The position numbers and the translations under genes are program-made. A stretch of DNA of 64,000 bases from Felis catus. Taxonomy: Eukaryota. Positions 21,901-34,517 of the stretch are shown piece after piece. Each line of letters starts with the position of its first letter. Within the stretch, counting starts at the first letter, position 1. The notes beneath the pieces were generated by a model. The model had not been told where the DNA came from. It saw only the letters and a list, made by a program, of their open reading frames with translations, and did no database searches. The stretch is taken from positions 88,848,001 to 88,912,000 of the forward strand of contig NC_058368.1 of assembly GCF_018350175.1 (NCBI RefSeq), read 5' to 3'.

Positions 21901-24900
21901 TGTTTTTTTTTTTTTTTTGGTTTCGATAGCATTGATTTCTGCTCTAATCTTTATTATCTCCTGTCTTCTGCTGGTTTTTTTTTAATATTTATTTATCTTT
22001 GAGAGAGAGACAGAGAGACAGAGAAAGAGCATGAGAGGGTAGGGGCAGAGAGAGAGAGAGAATGGGAAACACAGAGTCTGAATCAGGCTCCAGGCTCCGA
22101 GCTGTCAGCACAGAGCCTGACATGGGGCTTGAACTCACAAACTGTGAGATCATGACCTGAGCCGAAGTCAGACGCTCAACTGATTGAGCCACCCAGGCAC
22201 CCTGGTTTGGGGTTTTGTTTGCTGTCATTTTTCCAGCTCTTTAAGGTGTATATTTGAGACCTTTCTTCCTTGTTTAGGAAGGCCTGGATTGCTATATACT
22301 TCCCTCTTATGACTGCCTTTTCTGCATCCCAGAGGTTTTGGGCTGTGGTGTTGTCATTTGCATTGGTTTGCATGTACTTTTCAATTTCCTCTTTAACTTC
22401 TTGGTTATTCTCCTTCATTCTTTAGTAGGATGTTCTTTTGTCTCCAAGGATTTGTTATCTTTCCAAATTTTTTGTTATGGTTGATTTTGAGTTTCACAGC
22501 GTTGTGGTCTGAAAATATGCACAGTATGATCTCAATCTTTTTGTACTTGTTGAGGGCTGATTTGTGTCCCAGTATGTGATCTATTCTGGAGAACGTTCCA
22601 TGTGCACTGGAGAAGAATGTATATTCTTCTGCTTTAGGATGAAATGTTCTGAATATATCTGTTAAGTCCATCTGGTCCAATGTGCCATTCAAAGCCATTG
22701 TTTCCTTCTTGTTTTTCTGTTTAGATGACCTGTCTATTGCTGTGGGTGGGGTGCTGAAGTCCCCTACTATTATATTATTATCAATGAGTTCTTTATGTTT
22801 GTTATTAATTGATTTCTATATTTGGGTGCTTTCACATTTGGAGCATAAATGTTTACAATTGTTAGGTCTTCTTGGTGGATAGACCCCTTATTCTTCACCT
22901 CTTGTTACAGTCTTTATTTTAAAGTCTAGATTGTCTATATATGTATGGCTACTCCAGCTTTCTTTTGTCGACCATTAGCATGATAGATGGTTCTTCATCC
23001 ACATACTTTCAATCTAAAGGTGTCTTTAGGTCTAAAGTGGGTCTCTTGTAAACAGCATATAGATGGATCTTGTTTTCTTATTCATTTGTTATCTTATGTC
23101 TTTTGATTGGAGCATTTAGTCCATTGACATTTAGAGTGAGAACTGAAAGATATGAATTTATTGCCATTATGTTGCTTGTAGAGTTGGAGTTTCTGGTGTT
23201 CTCTGGTCCTTTCTAGTCTTTGTTGCTTTTGGTATTTTTTTTTCATCTTTTCTCCCCTCAGAGAGTCCCCCCTTAAAATTTCTGGTCACAAACTCCTTTA
23301 ATTTTTGTTTGGGGAATTTTAATCTCTTATTCTATTTTGAATGACAGCCTTGCTGGATACAGACTTCTTGGCTGCATATTTTTTCTGATTCAGCACATTG
23401 AATATGTCCTGCCACTCCTTTCTGGTCTGCCACGTTTCTGTGGATAAGTTTGCTGCAAACCTGATCTGTCTTCCCTTGTAGGTTAAGGATTGTTTTTCCC
23501 TTGCTGCTTTCATGATTCTTTCCTTGCCTGAGTATTTTATGAATTTGACTATGATATGCCTTGTTGATGATCAGTTTTTGTTGAATCTAATGGGAGTCCT
23601 CTGTGCTTCCTGGATTTTGATATCTGTGTCTTTCCCCAGGTTATGAACGTTTTCTGCTATGATTTGCTGACATAACCCTTCTATCCCTTTTTCTCTCTCT
23701 TCTCTCTTCATTTTTCTCTTCACCTATGATTCTGATGTTGTTCATTTTAATGAGTCACTGATTTCTCTAATTCTTAAATTGTGTTCTTTTGCCTTAGTCT
23801 CCCTCTTTTTTCTGCTTCATTATTCTCCATAAGTTTGTCCTCTGTACCACTGATTTACTGCTCTGCCTCATCCATACTTCCTGTGTGGCATCGATTTGGG
23901 ATTGCAGCTTGGTTATAGCATGTTTCATTTTATCCTGACTAGCTTTTACTACTTTTGTCTCCGCAGAGAGAGATTCTAATCTCTTCTTGACCCCAGCTAG
24001 TATTCTTATTATCATGATTCTAAATTCTGGTTCAGACATATTGCTTGTGTCTGTGTTGATTAAGTTCCTGGATGTCATTTCTTTCTGCTCTTTTCTGGGG
24101 GGTTAACTCCTTAATTGTCATCATTTTGAAGGAAGAAAAGGAATTAATAAAGTTAAAAAAATTGAAATTAAAAAATTAAAAACAACACACACACAGAAGA
24201 ATCAAATAAATGATGCTAGATCCTAGGTGTGTTTTGGTCTGGTTGTTGAAAGGAGCTTGATAGATTAAGAGACAAAAAACAAAACAAAACAGGAAAACGT
24301 TTGAAAATTTGAAAAAATGAATACAATGAAGTAAAATAAAACGAAATGATGGAAGTAAAATAGAATTTGAAAAAAAATTACAAAAAGGTAAAAATTATAT
24401 TAAAAAAATTAAAGAAAAAATATTTTTAATAAAAATTAAAAATAAAAATATTTTTTTCTCTTTCTGTATTCAAGAAAAAGAGAAGAAAATTGTATAGATC
24501 GACCAGCAAACAGACTGAAATATGGTTGAAATTACATCGTTTTCCCCTAGAAGTCAACCTATGAAGCAATTTGTAGTCCATAAACTAAGCAGGTAGAGAG
24601 ATTTGTGGTTTTCCTGAAGAGCGAGGTTGGACCAGTTGGGAGAGGCTTAGTGTAGTGGCTCCATTCTCCACTAGATGGTGCTGCTTAACTTACTGGGGTG
24701 GATTGTTGTGGCACTTGTAGGTGTGTATGTGCATGCACCCAAGGGATGAAAATGGCATCACCTAGCTACTCAGTCTCTAGCATAGGAACTCTATTCTCCC
24801 ATGTCAGCAATCATGCACCTGTCCCTTTTCCCTGGCTTCCATCCAGTCTCTGCTTTTACATTGTCCATGACCAAGCCGTCAGGTGGCCAGGCAGCACCTC

Positions 24901-25404
24901 CCTCCTGAGTTTTATCTCAGATTCGGCTGTGTTTCCCAATGCCTCACTTCTGAGGGACTGTGGCTTTGTCCTGCTCTGGCCTTCTGGAGGAGGATCTTGC
25001 CGAGCAATGGCCAGGTGCTGGATGCACCCAGGAATATTCTGGGCACCGTGCTGCTGCCAACGCCCAGGGACTGCAGCTGGGTGCCAGCCCACCCCAGAAA
25101 ATGTTCACATGATCATGTAGCTACAACGTTTCAGGGATTACGGAAAATCTCAACACACATCAGGCACCAGGCTTCACCCTTAACAACCTTGTTCCAGCAC
25201 CAGTGAATGTGGTTGTTCTCCGGGGTCTGCTGGCACCTTTGCCTGCTGAGTTCTGTGGTTCAGGTTGTGCAGATTGTTATGTTAATCCTCAAATAAGTAG
25301 TCTAGGTGTGCAGGATGGTTTAGTGTTGATCTGGCTGTATCTCATGGATATGAGGTGCAAAAAAAAAACTTCCGTGGTGTTCTACCATCTTAGCTTCACT
25401 CCCC
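18904..25404 (-). mobile_element. Full-length older carnivore L1 with decayed ORF1/ORF2
   Basis: ORF2 fragments ([11 protein letters not shown], endonuclease [22 protein letters not shown]-terminal HCWWEC) and ORF1 fragments (23319-24078). The 5' end reads GGGGAGTGAAGCTAAGATGG on the minus strand at 25404. TSD AGATATTT(A/C)AATATT at 18889-18903 and 25407-25421. Confidence 0.95.
21978..22201 (-). mobile_element. CAN-SINE nested in L1 ORF2
   Basis: Reverse-complement SINEC with short TSD CTGGTTT. Confidence 0.92.
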
Positions 25405-25444
25405 ATAGATATTTCAATATTAAGATTAAAAGAAAATTCCAAAC

Positions 25445-25602
25445 TAGCAGTGTCCAATATGGAAGCCTTATGTAAATTAAATTACATTAAAAATTTGAGT
25501 TCTAAATTGTACTAGTCTCACTTCAGATGCTCAGTAGTGGAATTCACAGAAAGTGTAGATTTAGAACATTTCTATCATTGTAGAAAGTTCTGTTAGATGG
25601 CG
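25445..25602. mobile_element. MER3/MER33-like hAT fragment
   Basis: GTGTCCAATA at the start and AGAACATTTCTATCATTGTAGAAAGTTCTGTT near the end. Confidence 0.55.
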
Positions 25603-25677
25603 ATTTAAAAGACAGAGAGAGAGAGATGGCTCTATTCTAGACTCTCAAAGATGCACTGAAGAAGTACTGAATCTTTA

Positions 25678-25713
25678 AATTAAAAAAAATTAATGTTTAT
25701 TTGTGTGTCTCTC

Positions 25714-25748
<35 letters not shown>

Positions 25749-25913
25749 GATCAGGGAGGGGGCAGAGAGAGAGACACACACACAGAATCCAAAGCAGGCT
25801 CCAGGCTCTGAGCTGTAAGCACAGAGCCCGATGTGGGGCTCAAACCCAGAACCATGAGATCATGACCACATCCAAAGTTGGATGCTCTACTGACTGAGCC
25901 ACCCAGGCACCCC
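25678..25913 (-). mobile_element. CAN-SINE
   Basis: Perfect TSD AGTACTGAATCTTTA at 25663-25677 and 25914-25928. Confidence 0.94.
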
Positions 25914-26866
25914 AGTACTGAATCTTTAGACTGTAGTCCATGCTTCCTTTAAGACACAGGTAATGGCAATGACACTTTCAACAAAGTATTCTTATGATGA
26001 GGAAGGTTTAGACAGTAATTGAATAGAAAAAAGACAAAAGGAAAGGGGGAGGGAGAAGGAGGAAGGGAGGAAAGAAGGTGGAAACTTTCTATGTGTTAGC
26101 GCCTTTCTCACATATAGTGCCATATTAAATTTTAATGACAAACACTGGCACTAAGTTTGTTTGAATCCAAGTAAAATACTCCCTCCTCTAATAATCAGCA
26201 TCCTCCTTTGGGATAACTAAATGTTCTACTGAATTTGTCTGTTAGGCTGTGACTGTATAACTATAACATCATCTTATTGGGGAAAACAAACAAACAAACA
26301 AACAAAAATGGTGCTTTCTCCTTGCTGTGTTACATCTTTGTGACTATTCCAAGGACAGTGACTTGGTATTACTACTTGGAGAATGTTAATTAAGATAGCC
26401 CACAGATACGATACAATTTTTCACACTCCTTATGTTCATATAGACATGACTTAAAAGTTTATTTCTCTAAATGGACATTTCTCTGTAAGAGTATAACTCT
26501 AATATAATATTACTACTGCATATTAGTCACAGAAGTATGATATGATTTTGTGTAATTCATGATGAATGAACAGCCCAGGGAAATTTTTCCTTCAAGCCTC
26601 CCTGATAAACATAGTCTGAGCCTCATAGGTATAAAACAATTTTTTATGAACTGGACATTATGGTAAATTTCCTTTATTTTAGCTTTTATACCTGTGTAAT
26701 TATTCCACAGTCTTAATACACCTGAGGTTAAGGTTCTGTTTGCAGAATTTGAGACAAGGGTAGAGGACATAAACGTACAGAGACTCAAACAAAATGTGAT
26801 GTGTGATGTTTGTAATATGCAAAGAGAATATAGTAAGAAAGACATTTTTAAATCATTGCTTCTTTA

Positions 26867-27345
26867 AATTTTTTTTAAATTTTTTATTAAAAAAAGTTTT
26901 TTAGTGTTTATTTATTATTGAGAGACAGAGAGAGATAGAGCATGAGCATGGGAGGGGCAGAGAGAGGAGGAGACACAGAATCTGAAATAGGCTCCAGGCT
27001 CTGAGCTACAGCACACGACACACACGACAGAGCCCGACATGAAATTCCAACCCATAGCTGTGAGATCATGACCTGAGCCAAAGTCGTATGCTTAACTGAC
27101 TGAGCCACCCAGGTGCCTCCCCACCAAAAAAACCCTTTCTTTAATGTTTATTTATTTTTGAGAGAGGCAGAGAGATCAGAGTGCAAGTGGGGAAGGGGCA
27201 GAGAGGGAGACACAGAATGTGAAGCAAGCTCCAGGCTCCAAGCTGTCAGCACAGAGCCTTGATGTGGGGCTCGAACTCATGAACCATGAGATCATGACCT
27301 GAGCCAAAGTTGGATGCTTAACCAACTAAGCTGCACAGGTACCCC
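26867..27345 (-). mobile_element. Two tandem CAN-SINEs (26867-27121 and 27135-27345)
   Basis: Two reverse-complement SINEC bodies with a single outer TSD, AAATCATTGCTTCTT. Confidence 0.92.
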
Positions 27346-27490
27346 TAAAATCATTGCTTCTTAAAACATAAGGCATGACATTGTGAAGATAATGTTCCTG
27401 AGCAGTGCTAGGTCTGGGCAATATTTTGGTGAAGGTGAAGACTACTTTCTAGTGTATTCTCTTTCATTCGTTTTAAAATATTTTTTTTCA

Positions 27491-27700
27491 GAGGGTCCCT
27501 GGATGGTTCAGTCGGTTAATCCTCCGACACTTGGTTTTGGCTCAGGTCATGATCTTATGGTTTGTGAGTTTGAGCCCCTTGAGGGTCTGACACTGCAGAG
27601 ACTGCTTGGGATTCACTCTCTCTCTCTCTGTCTGCCCTGCCCACTCTCTCTCTCTCTCTTTTTAAAATAAATGGATAAACTTTAAAACAAATTAAAAAAT
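27491..27700 (+). mobile_element. CAN-SINE (older)
   Basis: Diverged head GGGTCCCTGGATGGTTCAGTCGGTTAA, (CT)n region and A-rich tail. Confidence 0.88.
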
Positions 27701-28059
27701 CAAGTAATTTTTTTTTCTGAATGCTATATTCTTTAATTAATCTCTCTTCCTCTGTCAAAAGATGACAACTTTTTCAGGCTATCCATAATAGGTGACCCAT
27801 AGCTTTTCACTTCTGTGCCCCAGTAATGGACATTGGCTCAAGCCCTAGATCTTTAGTCTTTTCCAATCACAAAATTGTTTATCCATCTCAGAAAACTAAA
27901 TATTTAATTAAAAAACGTTACTCATTCCAAATAATGTTTAATGTTAACATTTGTTTTCAACTCCAGTTAATAGTGAGAATCTCAGATGTGATAGAAAATT
28001 GTTGGGATCTTTCTTGCTGTGAATGTGTTACTCAGGTGCCTATGAATTATTATTGTGTT

Positions 28060-29930
28060 CTTGATATATAATTCACACACCATAGAATTCATCACTTCAA
28101 GGTGTAAACTTAAATGATTTTTAGTGTGTTCACAAAGTTTTAAGACCATCATCACTATATAATTCTGGAACATTCAGTCACCTTAAAAATAAACTATACC
28201 CATTAGCGTTCTCTCTCTATTCCCCCCTCCTATCATCCCTTAACAATTACTAACCTACTTTCTGTCTCAATGAGTTTACCTATTCTGGACATTTCACATA
28301 AATACAATCATAACACTATATGCCCTACTGTGTCTGGCTCCTTTCACTTAGCAAGCATAACATTTCCAAGATTTATCTGTGTTGTAGCATGTATCTGTAC
28401 TTTATTATTTTTTATGACTGAATAATATTCCTTTGTGAAGGTGTATCACATTTGTTTCACCAATCAGTAGTGGGTTTGGTTTTTGTGTTTTTCCCAACTT
28501 TTAGCTATTATGGATAATGCTGCAATGGACATTTATGTACAGTTGTTTTGTGAACATTGTTAATTTTAAGGGGTATATACATATGAGTGAAATTGCTGGA
28601 TAATATAGTAATTCTGTGTTTAACTTTTAAAGAACTGCCTGTTTTCCAAAGATTATGATGGTTACAGTTTATACAGTTCTCATCAATATGTCTTATTATC
28701 CTTTTATTTTTTTTAAATTTTAGCCACAATAATGAGTGTGAAGTGATATCTCATTATGACTTTAGTTGCATTAACCTAATGATGTTGAGTAGTTTTTCAT
28801 GTGCTTATTGATCATTTACATATTCTATTTGTAGAATTATTGGTTGAAATCCTATGACCATCTTTAAACTGAGTTGTCTTTTTATGTTTAAGGTCTAATA
28901 GTTCCTTATGTATTCAGCTTACTAGATTCTACTAGGTATATGATTTGCAAATATTTTTTCCATCTGTAGGTTGTCTGTCTTTTCACTTTCTGGATGGTAA
29001 CCTTTAAAGCACAAAAGTTTTTAATTTTGATGGAGTTCAATTAATTTTATCTTTTGTCTTGTCTTTGGGCATGTGCTTTTCGTGTATAAGCAACCATTGC
29101 TTATCCAGGTTAATGAAAATTTATGCCTAGGTTTTCTATTAAGATTTTTTGTCATTTTGGCTTTTACATTTAAGGTTTTGATTCATTTTGATTTAAATTT
29201 TGTATATAGTTTGAGGCTCAACTTTATTCTTTTATATGTAAGTATCAAATTGTCCAGCACCACTTATAGAAAAGACTTATTTTTCCTCTATTGAAAATTT
29301 GCCTTGACACTATTGGCAAAAATTAATTAGCCATGAATGTAGAAGTTTATTTTTGAGGTCTCAAATCTGTTAATCTCAGTTTCTTTTATTATGCTAGCAT
29401 CACACTGTTTTGATTACTGTAGCTTTGTAATAAGTACTGAAATTGGGAAGTGTGAGTCCTTGAACTTTCTTTTTCTTTTTAAAGACTGTTCTGGTTATTC
29501 TGAACAGTTCCTCATGAAATGTTATTCTGAAATATCCCATATGATTTTTAAGATCAGTGTGTCAATTTTTTTTAAAGAAAAACAAAGCTTAGATTCTGAT
29601 ACAGATTACTCTGAATCTGAAGATCAACTAGGGGAATATTGCCATCTTAACCATATTAATCCCTCCAGTCGATGAACATAGAACACCTTTTTATTTTTTA
29701 GATCCTCCTTAATTTACTTCAATAATGTTTTGTGGTTTTTGATGTAAGAGTCATGTACTTTTTAATTAAATATTTTCCGATATATTCTATTCTTTTTATG
29801 TTATTAAAATGTTTTTTTTTCTTGATTTTATTTTTGCACTTTTCATTGCTGGTACATTGCAATGCAGTTGATTTAGGTGTAATCCTGCATCCTGCAATGT
29901 TGCTAGAATTTTTCTTTAGTTTGAATTAGT
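28060..29930 (-). mobile_element. Old L1M (L1MB/MA-like) 3' portion
   Basis: Antisense L1 phrases: CCTATTCTGGACATTTCA, TGATTTGCAAATATTTT, TTGTCCAGCACCA, TTGATTACTGTAGCTTTGTAATAAGT. Confidence 0.85.
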
Positions 29931-30582
29931 TTTTATTAGCACATGTCCATTATTAATATTATTTTTAATGCTGTATTTTTGTCCAGAGTATTACTTACTT
30001 TTTTTTTAATAGTTATCAATAAGATACTCAAAATAATGTCATGACATGGTTAGGTCTATATCTTCTCTACAATTGTAATGACAAAGTTCTGAGAGGTTAA
30101 GTTACTTAAGTTCTCATGTATAAATAACTAGTCTATCCAAATGACAACACAGTTGTGGATCTCTTTCAGCTACATATACTTTCAGTGATCTCTTCCCATG
30201 TATGAGGCCCCAATAATGAAGTTGTAGAAACAGCATAGGACTGGGATATGTTGGGAGAGAGGCAATTTTGCCTATACTTCTCTGCTAATCCAGAAGTGAC
30301 ATGACAAAATTTTTCTTCCAATAGTGTGATAACATGACAATGATAGAGAGATCATAAAAAGTCACTAGTATCAAATTCCCAAATCTCCAATTCACCTGAT
30401 TCCATTGAATTGCTTCAATGTCTTTTGGACTGAGGCACGGTCTGTTTATTCAAAGCCAGAAACTAATTGATTTACTACTTGGAGAGAAAGGGATAGTTTA
30501 CTAACATATATGTATATTTTATAAAGATCCTGTTTTCCACTGTGCTGTAAAGCTTATATTGTTTCTTGATTCAATGCATGCT

Positions 30583-30586
30583 TATA

Positions 30587-30620
<34 letters not shown>
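30583..30620. repeat. (TA)n microsatellite
   Basis: Read directly. Confidence 0.9.
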
Positions 30621-30987
30621 GGCATTTATTAGAAAGGATAAACTAACTCAAACTTTGTCTATGGATTGTTAGACACTCACTTTCTTAGCAGGGTTTTAAC
30701 CAATCAATATATTTATAGCATTATCTTTAACAGCAAAACCCATGATCTTGTTGAAGCTAGGTAATTCTTACTTTTGCTGCAAAACTACAAATATGATTCT
30801 GACTTCAATATTTGCTAATAACTATTCCCTATTTGTGGATATTAGATTCATGCTTAACACTAAAATTAGTTCAGCTCAAGGCATAAATGGACTACATTTG
30901 CTCCTTTTGTCTGTCATGCTAACTACTACCAATCTCTATAGACCAGTCAAACATTCAAATTGCCATTACAGTCAGACAAACATTATA

Positions 30988-31050
30988 CGTGCACATGCAC
31001 ATGCACGCATGTGCATGCACGCGTGCACACACACACACACACGCACACAC
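30988..31050. repeat. Alternating purine-pyrimidine (CA/TG/CG)n tract
   Basis: CGTGCACATGCACATGCACGCATGTGCATGCACGCGTGCACACACAC..., read directly. Confidence 0.85.
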
Positions 31051-33574
31051 TCACAGGCTCAACCCAAGAATTGCATTTTTGTTTTACAATATTATAACTT
31101 TACTGAATGATAATGGATATAGCAAAAACTAAATGCATAAAATTTGATATGTACAAATCTTTAGAATGCTGATTTTTAAATTTATACTGCATTGTTCTGG
31201 AGCATGTATATGGTTATGATATTTCTAGATGAAATTTGACATTTACTATTATAATAATAAGCCTATTAATGAAGCCCAAGGTGACTGTGTATGATAGGAA
31301 GTGTTTTATTCATTCTCACCTTGGCTCCTCCATTTTCTGTGTAACCCTGGGCAAATGTTTCATTCTTTCTGGTTCAAGTTTTACATATGTAAAACTGAAG
31401 TAATAATTGCCATTTTTTTTTAAAAAATATCATGAGAACTAATGAGATTATTAGTCAGTAGACCTCCAGGCCATTGTCACTGCTAGGATAAGATTATTGG
31501 CCTCTAGAGGAAAAGGAATGGGAGGGTTGAGGAGGGAGAGAAAGAAACATTCATGAAATGAGAGAGAGATTGGAAATGGAGCCAAGTAATGACATCAGTC
31601 TTTAAAAACCCAGATAAAGGGAGTGAGTAAGAAAGACAGCAAGAAGTTCCTCCATTTCCCCTTGTTCTAATACAAGTCTGTCTTCACTAATTCTGTACCA
31701 CCCAACTCAGACTAGGTTATACGTGTTTCCTCTGTTCTCCATGTAATCTCCAGTGTCTATTCTCCTTACATAATTAATCACAGGAGATTTTTAATACGAC
31801 TTTCTTATCCATTACACTGTGATACCTAAAGACAGATGCTGTATCTTATTTGTCTCTAGGTCCACAGAGTAGAACAAAGGGTCAGGCACTTACTAGTGTC
31901 CAAAAAATTTTTAAAAAATACAATATGGATTTAGATGGTGGGATATTTTGATATCATTGAAAGATGCCATTTGTTTGGAAAGGAGAAATAAATTCATTAC
32001 AGAAACTTCCTATTCTGTAATGAATTTGCTGTGAACAACATTTTTTGGCACTCTGATGGGTATCAGGAAAGGCTTTAATCTAATATTCATTTGTTCATTT
32101 CTTTAATTGCCCAATTGCCAAGCCTTGTTTTCTGTGATGACAGAGAAGCAGGAAGAGCTTCCTATTAAGCTGAAATTGATGTTCAAAGTAAAGGTACTCA
32201 CCACTAAATCTGAATTAGTAATCAACTAATTAGATCAGTCCATATGCTTGATGGTGATGTTTTCGTTAACATTTTCGTTAATCAGCTAATGATGCAATCC
32301 ACTATGCTTGCCTTTCTCGCTTTAAAATTCTTAAGTGTGAAGTCCTCTAATCATCTTTTAGCAAAATATATATCTAAAAGTGGAGAGAGCTTTTTTATTT
32401 TTATACCTAAGCCTAATTTCTATTTTAGTAAAAAAAAAAAAATCAACCTAACCCATTTACTCATTCCTCTTTCTTGCAGAGATTACAAACAATTAAACCA
32501 CTTTGTTTCCCAAAGACCTAAGCTCAAAAGCAAATACCTATTCTAAGCAATCACAAATGATACCATATGCCAACTTGTTCACTGTGACATGTTTCTTCCT
32601 CATCATGGCGCAGGGAACTCATTCCAAAATGCCTGAAGAGAAAGATAGTAGGAGGGAAGATGGCGGCGTAGGAGGACGCTGGGCTCACCGCGCCTCCTGC
32701 TGATCACCTAGATTCCACCTACACCTGCCTAAATAACCCAGAAAACCACCAGAGGATTAGCAGAACGTAGTCGCCGGAGCCAAGCACAGACGAGAGGCCC
32801 ATGGAAGAGGGTAGGAAGGGCGGTGAGGCGGTGTGCACTCCATGGACTGGCGGGAGGGAGCCGGGGCGGAGGGGCAGCTCGCCGGCCAAGCAGAGCCCCC
32901 GAGTCTGGCTTGCAAAAGCAGAGGGGCCTGACAGACTGTGTTCCAACAACAAGCGCGACTTAGCGTCTGGGAGGTCATAAGTGAACAGCTCTGCTCAGAA
33001 AGCGGGAAGGCTGGAGGACAAAGGGAGGGAGAGCTGCTGAGCCCCCGGATGACAGAGCTCAGTTTGGTGGGGAACAAAGGCGCTCGCCAGCGCCATCTCC
33101 CCTGCCCATCCCCCAGCCAAAATCCCAAACAGAACCAGTTCCTGCCAGGGAACTTGCTCGTTCCACGCAAACACCCAACTCTGCGCTTTTGCGGAACCAA
33201 ACCTCTGGCAGCGGATCTGACTCCCTCCTGCTGCCACAGGGCCCCTCCTGAAGTGGATAATCTAAGGAGAAGCTAGTTAAGCCTGCCCCTCGTGCCCCCA
33301 TGCCCCTTGCCTACCCACCCCAGCTAATACGCCAGATCCCCAGCATCACAAGCCTGGCAGTGTGCAAGTAGCCCAGACAGGCCACGCCACCCCACAGTGA
33401 ATCCCACCCCTAGGAGAGGGGAAGAGAAGGCACACACCAGTCTGACTGTGGCCCCAGCGGTGGGCTGGAGGCAGACATCAGGTCTGACTGCAGCCCCACC
33501 CACCAACTCCAGTTATACACCACAGCACAGGGGAAGTGCCCTGCAGGTCCTCACCACGCCAGGGACTATCCAAA

Positions 33575-34467
33575 ATGACCAAGCAGAAGAATTCCCCTCA
33601 GAAGAATCTCCAGGAAATAACAACAGCTAATGAACTGATCAAAAAGGATTTAAATAATATAACAGAAAGTGAATTTAGAATAATAGTCATAAAATTAATC
33701 ACTGGGCTTGAAAACAGTATATAGGACAGCAGAGAATCTCTTGCTACAGAGATCAAGGGACTAAGGAACAGTCACGAGGAGCTGAAAAACGCTTTAAACG
33801 AAATGCATAACAAAATGGAAACCACCACAGCTCAGCTTGAAGAGGCAGAGGAGAGAATAGGTGAACTAGAGGATAAAGTTATGGAAAAGAGGAAGCTGAG
33901 AAAAAGAGAGATAAAAAAATCCAGGAGTATGAGGGGAAAATTAGAGAACTAAGTGATACACTAAAAAGAAATAATATACGCATAATTGGTATCCCAGAGG
34001 AGGAAGAGAGAGGGAAAGGTGCTGAAGGGGTACTTGAAGAAATAATAGCTGAGAACTTCCCTGAACTGGGGAAGGAAAAAGGCATTGAAATCCAAGAGAC
34101 ACAGAGAACTCCCTGCAGATGTAACTTGAATCGATCTTCTGCACAACATATCATAGTGAAACTGGCAAAATACAAGGATAAAGAGAAAATTCTGAAAGCA
34201 GCAAGGGGTAAACGTGCCCTCACATATAAAGGGAGACCTATAAGACTCATGACTGATCTCTCTTTTGAAACTTGGCAGGCCAGAAAGAATTGGCACGAGA
34301 TTTTCAGGGTGCTAGACAGAAAAAATATGCAGCCAAGAATCCTTTATCCAGCAAGTCTGTCATTTAGAATAGAAGGAGAGATAAAGGTCTTCCCAAACAA
34401 ACAAAAACTGAAGGAATTTGTCACCACTAAACCAGCCCTACAAGAGATCCTAAGGGGGACCCTGTGA
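33575..34467 (+). pseudogene. L1 ORF1p, disrupted
   Basis: MTKQKNSPQK start, TAG at 33722-33724, a frameshift near 33890 and a C-terminus [28 protein letters not shown]. Confidence 0.92.
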
Positions 34468-34517
34468 GACAAAGTACCAGAGACATCACTACAAGCATAA
34501 AACATTCAGACATCACA

